Assembly (NCBI GenBank): GCA_038896535.1
Contig: JAWACY010000004.1
Span: 1 to 26,101, forward strand
Direction of reading: 5' to 3'
DNA: 26,101 nt
Source: Candidatus Anstonellales archaeon
GTDB taxonomy: Archaea; Micrarchaeota; Micrarchaeia; Anstonellales; J096
Shown piece after piece: positions 8,699 through 17,967 of this stretch. Numbering within the stretch: position 1 is the stretch's first letter; every line of letters starts with the position of its first letter. The position numbers and the translations under genes are program-made. A model generated the notes under the pieces. That model worked only from the letters and a program-made list of their open reading frames with translations, ran no database searches and was not told the origin of the DNA.

Positions 8699-9850
8699 GT
8701 GAGAATAGCATTCTTTATTGATAACTTTCTTGACCAAAACCCTTATTCTGAATCAATAGCGCAATTGAAAGATTTTTGTGAGAAGAACGGGCATAAAGTT
8801 ATTTTATTCACAACTACTGATATGGATGAAAAAAGTGCAAAAAAAATGAAAGATGAGAAATATGGGAAAGATGCAAGTATTTTTATATTCAAAGCTAATT
8901 ATATAAAAGGTTATCCCCAATTTAGGTTCAGCATAAGTCCATTCTTATCTGCAAAAAAACTGCTGAAAGAGGCTGGTTGTGATATTATACATAATTTTTC
9001 TCTTGGCGCCCTAGGCATGGCAGCAGCAACATTCAAAAAAGACTTAAAACTTCCTGGCGTTATGACAATATTTGAATTGCTACACTATTTTAAAATAAAA
9101 ACGAGCAAAGCAGACGAGCTTATATCTGATATAGTGCTTAAATACATGAAGTGGCTTGAGTCAAGATTTGATATTATTCATTATCCATCTTTTTTTGCTA
9201 TGAATGAGCTCATGCCATTGCTTGGAAAAGGAGAAGTAATATATTTGCCCATTCCTAAATTGCCTGATAATGATTTAAATGAAAAGGATGATAGTGAAAA
9301 GATTGAAAGGCATAAGAAGGAAAAAAATGGGCATGGCAACAATAGCAAAGACAACAATAGCAATTTTAATATAAATAACGAGAGAGAGATTGCATATATA
9401 GGGCAAGTATCAAATAAAGTTGAAATAGAAAAAATAAAAAGCATGTCTGATGCAATAAAAAATAAACTTGGGAAAGAGATAAAAATATTGAACATAGGCA
9501 ATGGAAAAAATGACGTAAGATATAATGAAAGGCATCATTATTATAAAAATCTCCTTGTTTATGTCGAGCCAAGGAATTATTTTGAATACTTATTTTATTC
9601 AGTTGAATGCCTATGCCTTGGTAAGCCAGTTGTATGTCATAAAAATAGTGCAACAGCAGAATTTCTTAAAAAAATAGAATGTGAAAATCTAGCATATGAG
9701 GATGAATCCTTTTTATCAGATGCTATATTAAGAGCAATAGAATCAAAAGACAAAATAAAGAAAGGAAGTGCTATTATTAAAAAAACTCTGGATGAGAACA
9801 AGAAAATGTTTTTAAAGACATATGAGGGGCTATTTGCCTCTAAATCTTAA
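8699..9850 (+). CDS. GT-B fold, GT4-like glycosyltransferase (divergent)
   Basis: MRIAFFIDNFL N-terminus, GHKVILFT, DIIHNFS, IIHYPSFFAMNEL, C-terminal ECLCLGKPVV. Confidence 0.75.
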   Translation: MRIAFFIDNFLDQNPYSESIAQLKDFCEKNGHKVILFTTTDMDEKSAKKMKDEKYGKDASIFIFKANYIKGYPQFRFSISPFLSAKKLLKEAGCDIIHNFSLGALGMAAATFKKDLKLPGVMTIFELLHYFKIKTSKADELISDIVLKYMKWLESRFDIIHYPSFFAMNELMPLLGKGEVIYLPIPKLPDNDLNEKDDSEKIERHKKEKNGHGNNSKDNNSNFNINNEREIAYIGQVSNKVEIEKIKSMSDAIKNKLGKEIKILNIGNGKNDVRYNERHHYYKNLLVYVEPRNYFEYLFYSVECLCLGKPVVCHKNSATAEFLKKIECENLAYEDESFLSDAILRAIESKDKIKKGSAIIKKTLDENKKMFLKTYEGLFASKS

Positions 9851-9930
9851 ATCTTAAAATCCTATATGCTGAATATCCATCCGTATTTATATCCCCGTAT
9901 TTATTCGCGCATTTATTCGCACCAAGATAG

Positions 9931-9940
9931 ATTTAAAAAT
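9931..9940 (+). promoter_or_regulatory. Putative TATA box of the 23S rRNA promoter
   Basis: atttaaaaat ~60 nt upstream of the 5' processing stem; preceded by short tandem motifs (9881-9920). Confidence 0.4.
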
Positions 9941-9997
9941 ACTTCTTGCATTATAATAAGTTATCTAATTCATGCTGCCTCTACCTAGAGGCTAAGT

Positions 9998-10018
9998 AAG
10001 AGATAAAGAGCAAGCAAG
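9998..10018 (+). repeat. 5' arm of 21-bp perfect inverted repeat enclosing the 23S rRNA
   Basis: aagagataaagagcaagcaag is the exact reverse complement of 12889-12909. Confidence 0.85.
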
Positions 10019-10019
10019 C

Positions 10020-12888
10020 TGCTACAACCAGCTTAGTGGATGGCTTGGCTCTGGCTAACATGCCCTGGTGGTAAGCTGCCATAAGCCCGAGGGAGCTGCA
10101 CGCAAGCTTAGATCTCGGGATTAGGGTGTATGCAAGTAATTATTTGCTTGCATAAAAATGCGGTGAATTGAAGTATCTTAGTAACCGCAAGAAAAGAAAG
10201 CAATAGCGATCTGGCGAGTAACGCGAGTGAAAGCCAGGCAGGCCAGCATGAATGCTAAGCAGTAATGCCAAAGCAGATGTGTGGGGGAAATCCTAGCCAG
10301 CATTTAGAAATCTTTTGGAATAAAGTGCCATAGAGGGTGAAAGCCCCGTATAAATGCTTGCTAGGATGGAACCAAAAGAGTACCGCGCTCTGGCTGAGCG
10401 TGGGAAGATAGGAGAATCAACTCCTAAGCCTAAATATTGGCCAGAGACCGATAGCGAAATAGTAGCGTGAGCGAACGCTGAAAAGATCTCCGGCAGGAGA
10501 GCGAAAAGAACCTGAAACTAAGCTGGGACAGGAGGCTAATGCACGAAAGGCAGAGCCTTGAAAAAGCAATTGCGAGAGTAATTGCTTTAAGGGGCTTTCC
10601 AGTGTGTTGGCGTTCTTCTCGAAGCAAGAGCCAGGGAGTTGCTTGCTGTGGCGAGCTGAAAAGCGGAGCGAAAGCAAATGCTCGCAAGCAATGAGGAGCA
10701 GCCTCTTAACAGGGGTTAGTCACAGCATGCAGACCCGAAGCCCGTGCGAACTACGGCTGGCCAAGGCGAAGCCGACAGGAATGTCGGTGGAGGCCTTCAA
10801 CTAGTGGTGGTATACCCCCTTAGGTGAGCTGGCTGTAGGGGTGAGAGGCCACTCGAGCCGGGCGATAGCGGGTTCCCCCTGAAATGGCCCTCAGGCCAGC
10901 GTCGCTGGAGCAAGCCAGTAGGGTAGAGCACTGACTGGAAAGCCAGGGAGGGAAACCTCTCACTTTCCTATCAAACTCCGAATCTGCTGGCTGCGTAGAA
11001 GGCGGCAGTGGGGTTTCTCGGGGTAAGCTCGGGAGCCCTTACGGAAAAGACCGTACGCAGGGTTAAAGGCCCTAAATGCAGGCTAAGTGTTTTTAAAGGA
11101 AACTCTCTTCTTAGACAGCTGGAAGGTAGGCTTAGAAGCAGCCACCCTCTAAGCAACGCGTAACAGCGGACCAGCCGAGAAGGCAGTTTCCAAAAATATA
11201 CGGGACTAAGCCTGCTCCTGATACCCTGCCAGTGCTGCAATGCAGCATCTGAGTAAGGGGGCGTGCGGATAGCTGCGAAGTAAGGGCATGAGCTCTTATG
11301 GAGCTGTCTGCAATGAATATCCTGGCGTTAGTAGCAGCAAACATGGGTGAGAATCCCATGGGGCTTATAGGCTAAGGTTTCCACAGCAATGTTCGTCAGC
11401 TGTGGGTTAGTCGGTCCTAAGCTCTTAGGTAACACCAAAAGAGCGAAGAGGACAGCTGGTTAATATTCCAGCACTGTATGGGTAGGCAATGGTAACAAAT
11501 GCCCTTTTTGCTTAGCCTGGGGATATGCCTGGCCTCGAAAGGGGTCTAAAGCATACAGCTGCCCAGAGTCTCGTTATGAGGAGAAGGGCAGTAAGTGCTT
11601 ATGGCGTAAGCAGGCTGATTCCTTGGGCCCATGAAAAGGCAAAGGGAACGATCCCATACAACCGTACCGAGAACTAGTACAGGTAGCCTGGCTGAAAAAG
11701 CTAAGCCCTGTAGGGAGAACTCAAGCAAGGGAATTCGGCAAACTAGCCCCGTACGTTCGCAAGAAGGGGTGCCTGTTGCTCTTGCAGCAGGTGGCACTGA
11801 CAAGGAGGGAGCGACTGTTTATCAAAAACACAGGTCACCGCAAAGCAGAAATGCTGAGTACGGTGGCTGACGCCTGCTCCCTGCTGGTACCTGAAAGCCC
11901 TTTTCAAGGGGAAGAAGGGCCAGTAAAGAGCGGGGGTAACTCTGACCCTCTTAAGGTAGCGTAATACCTCGTCGCTTAATTGGCGACTTGCATGAAAGGC
12001 GTAACGACTCCCTCGCTGTCCTTGCTTGGGACCCTGTGAACTCACTGCCCGGTGAAGATGCCGGGGACTCCCAGTGGGAAACGAAGACCCCGTGGAGCTT
12101 TACTACAGCCAGATGTTATCTTTCCAGGCATGGTACAGAGCGTAGGTGGGAGCCTTCGAAGCTGCTGCTCCGGCAGCAGTGGAGGCGCCAATGTAACACC
12201 ACCTATCATGCTTGGAAGGATTCACTGAAAAGGACAGCATCTGGTGGGTAGTTTGGCTGGGGCGGTACGCCTACGATAAGGAAACATAGGCGCCCAATGC
12301 TCGACTCAGGCGGGTCAGAAATCCGCTGTAGAGGGAAAAGGACAAATGTCGGGCTGACTGTTTGCCTAAAAGCGTGGCAAGCAGCTGCGAAAGCATGGCC
12401 TAACGAACAATGGTGCTCTTTTGATGGGAGCCCATTCTGTCAGACAAGCTACCCCGGGGGTAACAGACTTGTCGCGGGCGAGAGTACACATCGACCCCGC
12501 GGTTTGGTACATCGCTGTCGGCTTGGGTCATCCTGGTGGTGCAGGAGCCACCAAGGGTTGGGTTGTACATCCATTAAAGACCCACATGAGCTGGGTTCAG
12601 TACGTCGCGAGACAGTACGGTAGTATCTCCTGGGAGCGTTGGAGCTTGAGAGTAAAGGCCTTTTAGTACGAGAGGAACGAAGGCCTGGGACCTCTGGTTT
12701 ACCAGTTGTTTATCAGCACAGCTGGGCAGCTACGTCCTAGACGATAAGACCTGAAAGCATCTAAGGTCGAAGCGTCTCTCAAGACTAGGCTCCAAATCCC
12801 GCCCATAGTAGATGGGTTATATAGGACAGCAGTGTAAGCTCCAAGAGGAAACTCGAGGAGTTCAGCTGGCTGTTACTAAAGGGATAAT
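10020..12888 (+). rRNA. rrl: 23S ribosomal RNA (archaeal, stand-alone; ends approximate)
   Basis: GC-rich island with universal LSU motifs: gaccgatagcgaa, gtaggcttagaagcagcca (GTPase centre), ctcttaaggtagcg (H69-71), gaagacccc, P-loop ctggggcgg, gagctgggttcag, and sarcin-ricin loop agtacgagagga (12665-12676). G at the 2058-equivalent position is archaeal-type. Confidence 0.97.
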
Positions 12889-12909
12889 CTTGCTTGCTCT
12901 TTATCTCTT
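12889..12909 (+). repeat. 3' arm of 21-bp inverted repeat enclosing the 23S rRNA
   Basis: cttgcttgctctttatctctt pairs with 9998-10018. Confidence 0.85.
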
Positions 12910-12960
12910 TTTCTTTCTTTTTCGTGTTATAAGTTTTTTATTATTTTCATTGTTTTTATT
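12908..12960 (+). terminator. Oligo-T archaeal-type terminator region after 23S
   Basis: Multiple T-tracts (tttttctttctttttt, tttttt) directly after the 3' stem arm. Confidence 0.5.
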
Positions 12961-13108
12961 TATAAGTTTTCGACACAGATAGATATTGAAGATCTGTAAT
13001 AATTGGAAATTTGATCTTTGCATAGAAGCACTTGAAAAATCTCTTTTAAAAATGACGGGGTAGTTATTAAAAACAGCAAAGATTTGATAAATTCATGATA
13101 GACTAAAA

Positions 13109-13699
13109 TCATTTTTTATATCTCTTGTCAACATCACTCCAATTAACTACTTGCCAGAATGCATCAACATAAGCAGCCCTGTTGTTCTTGTATTGTAAGT
13201 AATATGCGTGCTCCCAAACATCTAAAACAAGCAATGGCTTAAAGCCTGCTATGTGCATTAAGTTGTGTTTTTCTATATTAAATATAAACAAGTTCTGCTC
13301 ATCATCTTTACACAACACTGCCCATCCCGAGCCTTCAACACTTTTTGCTGTTTCACTGAATTCCTTTTTAAAGGCATCGAATGAACCAAATTGTTTGTTT
13401 ATTGCGTCTCCTATTGATGAGCCAGGTTTATTATTTTCTTCTGGTTTTTTCATGTTATACCAAAATATTGTATGTAAAACATGACCATTTAAATGAAAGC
13501 TTAAATCCCTTAGCACTTCTCTATAGTTTATTGTTATCTCTCCTTTTCTTGCTTTTTCCAGCTTTTCTATTGCTGCGTTTGCCCCATTTACATATGCAAG
13601 ATGGTGCTTATCATGGTGTAATTCCATAATTTCCTTACTTATTACAGGCTCTAATGCATTTGCAGGATATGGCAGATTAGGCAACTCGTATTTTTTCAT
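13109..13699 (-). CDS. sod: Fe/Mn superoxide dismutase
   Basis: YELPNLPYPANALEPVIS, HHDKHH, NGHVLHTIFW, GSGW, DVWEHAYY. Start at ATG 13699 is supported by a GGAGGA SD. Confidence 0.97.
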   Translation of the reverse strand: MKKYELPNLPYPANALEPVISKEIMELHHDKHHLAYVNGANAAIEKLEKARKGEITINYREVLRDLSFHLNGHVLHTIFWYNMKKPEENNKPGSSIGDAINKQFGSFDAFKKEFSETAKSVEGSGWAVLCKDDEQNLFIFNIEKHNLMHIAGFKPLLVLDVWEHAYYLQYKNNRAAYVDAFWQVVNWSDVDKRYKK

Positions 13700-13700
13700 A

Positions 13701-14447
13701 TTATCCTCCCCCATATATTTTTAATGCAAACATTAATAATAAACCAAAAACTATAAAAATAAATTGCAATGCACTTTCTTTTAATGTTATTGTTTCATGC
13801 AATTCTGGGATAAGATCGCTGCCTGCTATGTATATAAAACCTCCTGCTATTACTGGCAGAAAATAAACCAATTTAATATCTTGATATATTAAAAGCCCTA
13901 CAAGTGCACCCAGAAATGCGCTTAGAGAAACCAGAAAATTCAATTTCAGTGCTTTTTCTTTGCTAAAACCAGAATACAATAAAATGCCAAAATCGCCCAA
14001 TTCTTGTGGTATTTCATGCATTATTACAGCAATTGTTGTTGCTATGCCTATAGGCACACTTATGAGATAGCTAACTGCAATTGCAAGGCCGTCAAAAAAG
14101 TTATGTATAAAATCCCCAATAAGATTCAATGTTCCTACATGCAGTTTCATATGTTTTTTATCATGACTATGGCAATGCCTCCATCTAAGGAATTTTTCCA
14201 TGATGAAGAACAGCAGAAAGCCGGCTAATATTAACATTGAAACAAGCAAAATGTTATTTATATCCTCTATGCTCTCAGGTATTAAATGAAAAAAGGCATC
14301 TCCAAATAATGCTCCTGTTGCAAAGCTGACCAGTACAAGTGTTATTTTATGTGTATTTTGGATTTTTAATAATAAAATTCCTATTAATGATATTGCACTT
14401 ACAATAATAAGGCTAATCACAATATACAATAATGTAAAAAAATCCAT
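13701..14447 (-). CDS. ZIP-family divalent metal transporter
   Basis: SFATGALFGDAFFHLIPE, His-rich loop HCHSHDKKH, HNFFDG, HEIPQELGDF, DLIPEL. Confidence 0.95.
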   Translation of the reverse strand: MDFFTLLYIVISLIIVSAISLIGILLLKIQNTHKITLVLVSFATGALFGDAFFHLIPESIEDINNILLVSMLILAGFLLFFIMEKFLRWRHCHSHDKKHMKLHVGTLNLIGDFIHNFFDGLAIAVSYLISVPIGIATTIAVIMHEIPQELGDFGILLYSGFSKEKALKLNFLVSLSAFLGALVGLLIYQDIKLVYFLPVIAGGFIYIAGSDLIPELHETITLKESALQFIFIVFGLLLMFALKIYGGG

Positions 14448-14795
14448 ATGTAAAATTGGCGTATATGTTTTTAAAACTTTTTAAAAGGTTGGCGGCCCCT
14501 TCTTTTTTTATTTTTCTTTATTTCAAAAAACTGAAGGAGAAACTTTGAAAACACCACGATAACCTCATAGTAATAACTAAGAAGTGGCGCATAAGCGAAG
14601 CGTTACGTAAATATGAGATAGAGTATATGATTATGTATAGGCGAGGGGTGTGTCTTCATAGAGAGTAGAAAATTTACTAGAATATAGATATGTTTTATAA
14701 TCCATGTCGTATGTTTGCATTCAGTACTCAAGACCATCATCACATTTCAGATTATCCTGTCATCATCATTTTAAAATATTTTGATAAATTATTAT

Positions 14796-16076
14796 ATGCA
14801 TTTTAATTTAAAAATCGGTATTATATTGCTACTTATACTTGTCGTTGCTTTAATAATAACATTATTTACAAAATCAAATAATGATTATGGTGTGCTTTAT
14901 TTCAATGGCCTTGTTTATGTCGACAAGGGAGATGGTATTTATAAACCTGCAGACAATGAAATGAAGATTTATGAAGGTTATAGTATAAAAACAGGGAATA
15001 ACACAAATGCAACTATCATATTTTATGACTTAAATTCAATAACGCTCAGTAGTAATACAGAAATTAAAATAGAGAGGGTATCTAATGAGAGCATAAGCAT
15101 ATTCCAAAAACTTGGAGAAACATGGAGTAAAGTAGAAAGATTAAGCGGAATAAAAGCATATGAAGTAAAGGACCAAAATGTTGCTGCCCTTGTGAGAGGA
15201 ACATCATTTTTATTCAGCAGCGATTTAATAGCTGTTGATGAAGGTATCGTTGAAGTTAAAGATAATGAAAAAAGGCTAAATCTTGAAAATGCTGAATATA
15301 ATATAAAAAATGGACAGAAAACAAGTATTAATTTATTGACAAAAAAGAAGATAAAAGATTATGTAAAAGCAAATGTCGATTTTTCTACTATCCATGCTGT
15401 CAATAAGTTAATAAAGCAAGCAGGAGATAAAAATTTATCAATATCACAAGATCAGAAGAATTTATTATTAAACAGCATGAAAAAATATTTTAATGGAGCC
15501 ATAACAAAAGAAGAACTAAAAAATGAAATTAAAAGTGCCTTAAACAAAGATAATGTTAGCGCAATGAGGGCAGTAAATTTATCTGACGAAAAAGAGTTAG
15601 ATGAGATTATAGAAAAAACACAAATTATTGAAAAAATAAAGGAAAGAATAGAAAAATATAGTATTTATGTATTTGATATATTAAAGGAGGGTAAAAGGGT
15701 TTTATGCGAATTGGATGTTGGAGACAAAAATGGCTTTTTGCTATTTGATGGGAACTTTATTTATGGCATTACAAAGATTGATAAACATTATGGTTTTATA
15801 AAAATAAATAGAGATGACATGAGTTATGTCTCTGGTTTTATAAATGACACTGTCATATGTTATGATAAAATTGCACAATTGTCATTAGGGGAAGTATTAG
15901 AATACAAATTAATAGCAAGTTCTCTAAAATTAGGAAAAAATGAAATAGTAATACTGGATAAAAATATTAGCATTGAGTGTGAAATATATAAAGAAAGTGA
16001 AGAAGAGATGGCAAAATTATTTATGCTTATGAATGTTGAAGGGATAAAAATGTGCACTGAATTAAAAAGTAGCTAA
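14796..16076 (+). CDS. Membrane-anchored FecR-domain protein
   Basis: N-terminal TM, then FecR beta-domain motifs GYSIKTGNNTNATIIF, LSSNTEIKI, ALVRGTSF, VDEGIVEV. ATG 14796 is preferred to TTG 14781 (TATA-like ttttaaaata at 14769-14778). Confidence 0.75.
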   Translation: MHFNLKIGIILLLILVVALIITLFTKSNNDYGVLYFNGLVYVDKGDGIYKPADNEMKIYEGYSIKTGNNTNATIIFYDLNSITLSSNTEIKIERVSNESISIFQKLGETWSKVERLSGIKAYEVKDQNVAALVRGTSFLFSSDLIAVDEGIVEVKDNEKRLNLENAEYNIKNGQKTSINLLTKKKIKDYVKANVDFSTIHAVNKLIKQAGDKNLSISQDQKNLLLNSMKKYFNGAITKEELKNEIKSALNKDNVSAMRAVNLSDEKELDEIIEKTQIIEKIKERIEKYSIYVFDILKEGKRVLCELDVGDKNGFLLFDGNFIYGITKIDKHYGFIKINRDDMSYVSGFINDTVICYDKIAQLSLGEVLEYKLIASSLKLGKNEIVILDKNISIECEIYKESEEEMAKLFMLMNVEGIKMCTELKSS

Positions 16077-16079
16077 ACA

Positions 16080-17948
16080 GTGAAACAAATGTCATTTCTA
16101 AACTTATCAAAAACTGATCTTGCCATCTTTTTAATTCTATACGTTGTTATTATTTATTTCATATTCAACAATTCTTTTATTGGAATAAACAACTTTATAA
16201 CTGACAAATTATATGAAGAAAAAACATTTAACAAAGACAAAATATTGATCGTTGGTATTGACGAAAAAACACTAAACCATTATGGTTGGCCAATAAAAAG
16301 GGCTTTTTATGCAAAAGCAATAGAAAAACTTGATAATGCCAGTGTTATAGCCTTTGATATTGGTTTCTTTTCAAAAAATGATGATGATAATATATTAGAA
16401 GAAGCAATAAACAAAAGTAATGCAACAATAATAATGGCTGCTTTTTATGATGATAATAAAATTTTGGCGCCAATCTTAAATGCCAAATATCAAATTGGTT
16501 TGGCAAACGTCCTTGCTGACGAAGATGGCGTTATAAGGGCTGTTCCATTAAATCTTAGTCATTATATGATTTTTTCCCAGCTTATAGCAACAAGTTATTT
16601 AAAGTCAAATATATCATTACCAAATGACAGCAACAGCCTAAACATAAATTTTTTCACAAGGCCAGGCGGTTTTAAGAGTATATCATTTTATGATTTATTG
16701 AATGATAAAATAAATGAATCGTTTGATAGTAAAATCATCTTAATTGGAGCAACAGCAGAGACATTACATGACAATTATTTTGTTCCAACATCAAACGGAA
16801 ACAAGATGTCTGGAATAGAGATTCATGCAAATGCTTTAATGACAATAATGGCAAAATCTTTTTTAACAAGACAAGATAAAATAAGTATTTCATTAACATG
16901 CTTTATAATAGGGCTGCTTATTTTTATAATACCAAAAAATGCTAGTCCATATTATGCAGTTGCTTATTCTTTTATTATATGGTTTGCTTATTTGTTTATT
17001 GTTGCATTGGCATTTAATGCTGGCCTTATAATGAACATTATATACCCTACATTAACAATAATCCTTATGCTTTCCTCATCATCTTTGCTCAGCGCAATAA
17101 AAGAAAAGGAGGCAAAAGAGAGGATAAAAGACATTTTCGGCAGGTATGTATCAAGGGATATAGCAAATTTTATTATAGAAAAATATGAAACCGGAGATAT
17201 AAATGAAGAAAGGTATGGTACAGTAATATTTACTGATATTAGGGGTTTTACAGCATTATCAGAAAGCATGAAGGCTAAAGATGTCATAAAAATGCTTAAT
17301 ATATATATTGGAAACATTGCTGAAATAGCAGAAAGGAATGAGGGCGTAGTAAATAAATACATGGGGGATGCAGTTATGATCTTATTCAATGCCCCCTTCG
17401 ATGTTAATGAACATGAAAAAAAGGCATGCAAAACTGCGCTTGAAATAAAAGAGGCAATTTCAAAAATAAATAAAGACAATGGAAAAAGCATAGATGTAGG
17501 TATTGGCATAAACACTGGCAGTTTCATTGCTGGTAATATCGGCTCAAAACAAAGACTTGAGTACACTGTTATAGGAGATAGCATAAACATAAGTTCAAGA
17601 CTAGAAAGTTTGACGAAATTGTATGGAGTTAATATAATAATAAGCGAGAATACAAAGAAGGCAATAGATGATAAAGATTTTATATGCCGTTATCTTGATG
17701 TTGTAATATTAAAGGGGAAGACAAAACCTATAAAAATATATGAGCTCAGAGACAGGCCATATAACAAAGATTGGGATAAAGCAATGGATTTATATAAAAA
17801 AGGCATGTTTAAACATGCATTAGTTTATTTCGATAAACTGGCAAAATTAGGAGATAAGCCTGCTGTTGAATTTGCAAAAAGATGCCGCCATTTCATAAAA
17901 AATAAACCTACAGACTGGACAGGCGTCTATAAGCTTGATATAAAATAA
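16080..17948 (+). CDS. CHASE2-domain class III adenylate cyclase
   Basis: CHASE2: IVGIDEKTL..GWP.KR, VIAFDI, DEDGVIRAVPL, ILIGATA, MSGIEIHA. Three TMs follow. Cyclase: FTDIRGFT, NKYMGDAVM, GIGINTG, GNIGSKQRLEYTVIGDSINISSRLE, LKGK. Confidence 0.95.
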   Translation: MKQMSFLNLSKTDLAIFLILYVVIIYFIFNNSFIGINNFITDKLYEEKTFNKDKILIVGIDEKTLNHYGWPIKRAFYAKAIEKLDNASVIAFDIGFFSKNDDDNILEEAINKSNATIIMAAFYDDNKILAPILNAKYQIGLANVLADEDGVIRAVPLNLSHYMIFSQLIATSYLKSNISLPNDSNSLNINFFTRPGGFKSISFYDLLNDKINESFDSKIILIGATAETLHDNYFVPTSNGNKMSGIEIHANALMTIMAKSFLTRQDKISISLTCFIIGLLIFIIPKNASPYYAVAYSFIIWFAYLFIVALAFNAGLIMNIIYPTLTIILMLSSSSLLSAIKEKEAKERIKDIFGRYVSRDIANFIIEKYETGDINEERYGTVIFTDIRGFTALSESMKAKDVIKMLNIYIGNIAEIAERNEGVVNKYMGDAVMILFNAPFDVNEHEKKACKTALEIKEAISKINKDNGKSIDVGIGINTGSFIAGNIGSKQRLEYTVIGDSINISSRLESLTKLYGVNIIISENTKKAIDDKDFICRYLDVVILKGKTKPIKIYELRDRPYNKDWDKAMDLYKKGMFKHALVYFDKLAKLGDKPAVEFAKRCRHFIKNKPTDWTGVYKLDIK

Positions 17949-17967
17949 CACAAATCTTTTTAACATA

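Noticed and set aside
10417..12666. Numerous short ORFs on both strands
   Set aside because: All lie within the GC-rich 23S rRNA; no protein motifs.
10020..12888. Possible rRNA intron or homing endonuclease
   Set aside because: Length is ~2.87 kb, domain V aligns at a constant offset, and no long AT-rich insert or LAGLIDADG ORF was seen.
14486..14510. ggcggcc motif resembling a 5S rRNA 5' end
   Set aside because: No following 5S motifs (ccc...cgaac...gaagttaag); directly followed by a T-tract.
16988..17590. 200-aa minus-strand ORF and other antisense ORFs (e.g. 1418-1771, 18319-18979, 20312-20686, 24146-24496, 25374-25781)
   Set aside because: Shadow frames of well-supported genes on the opposite strand.
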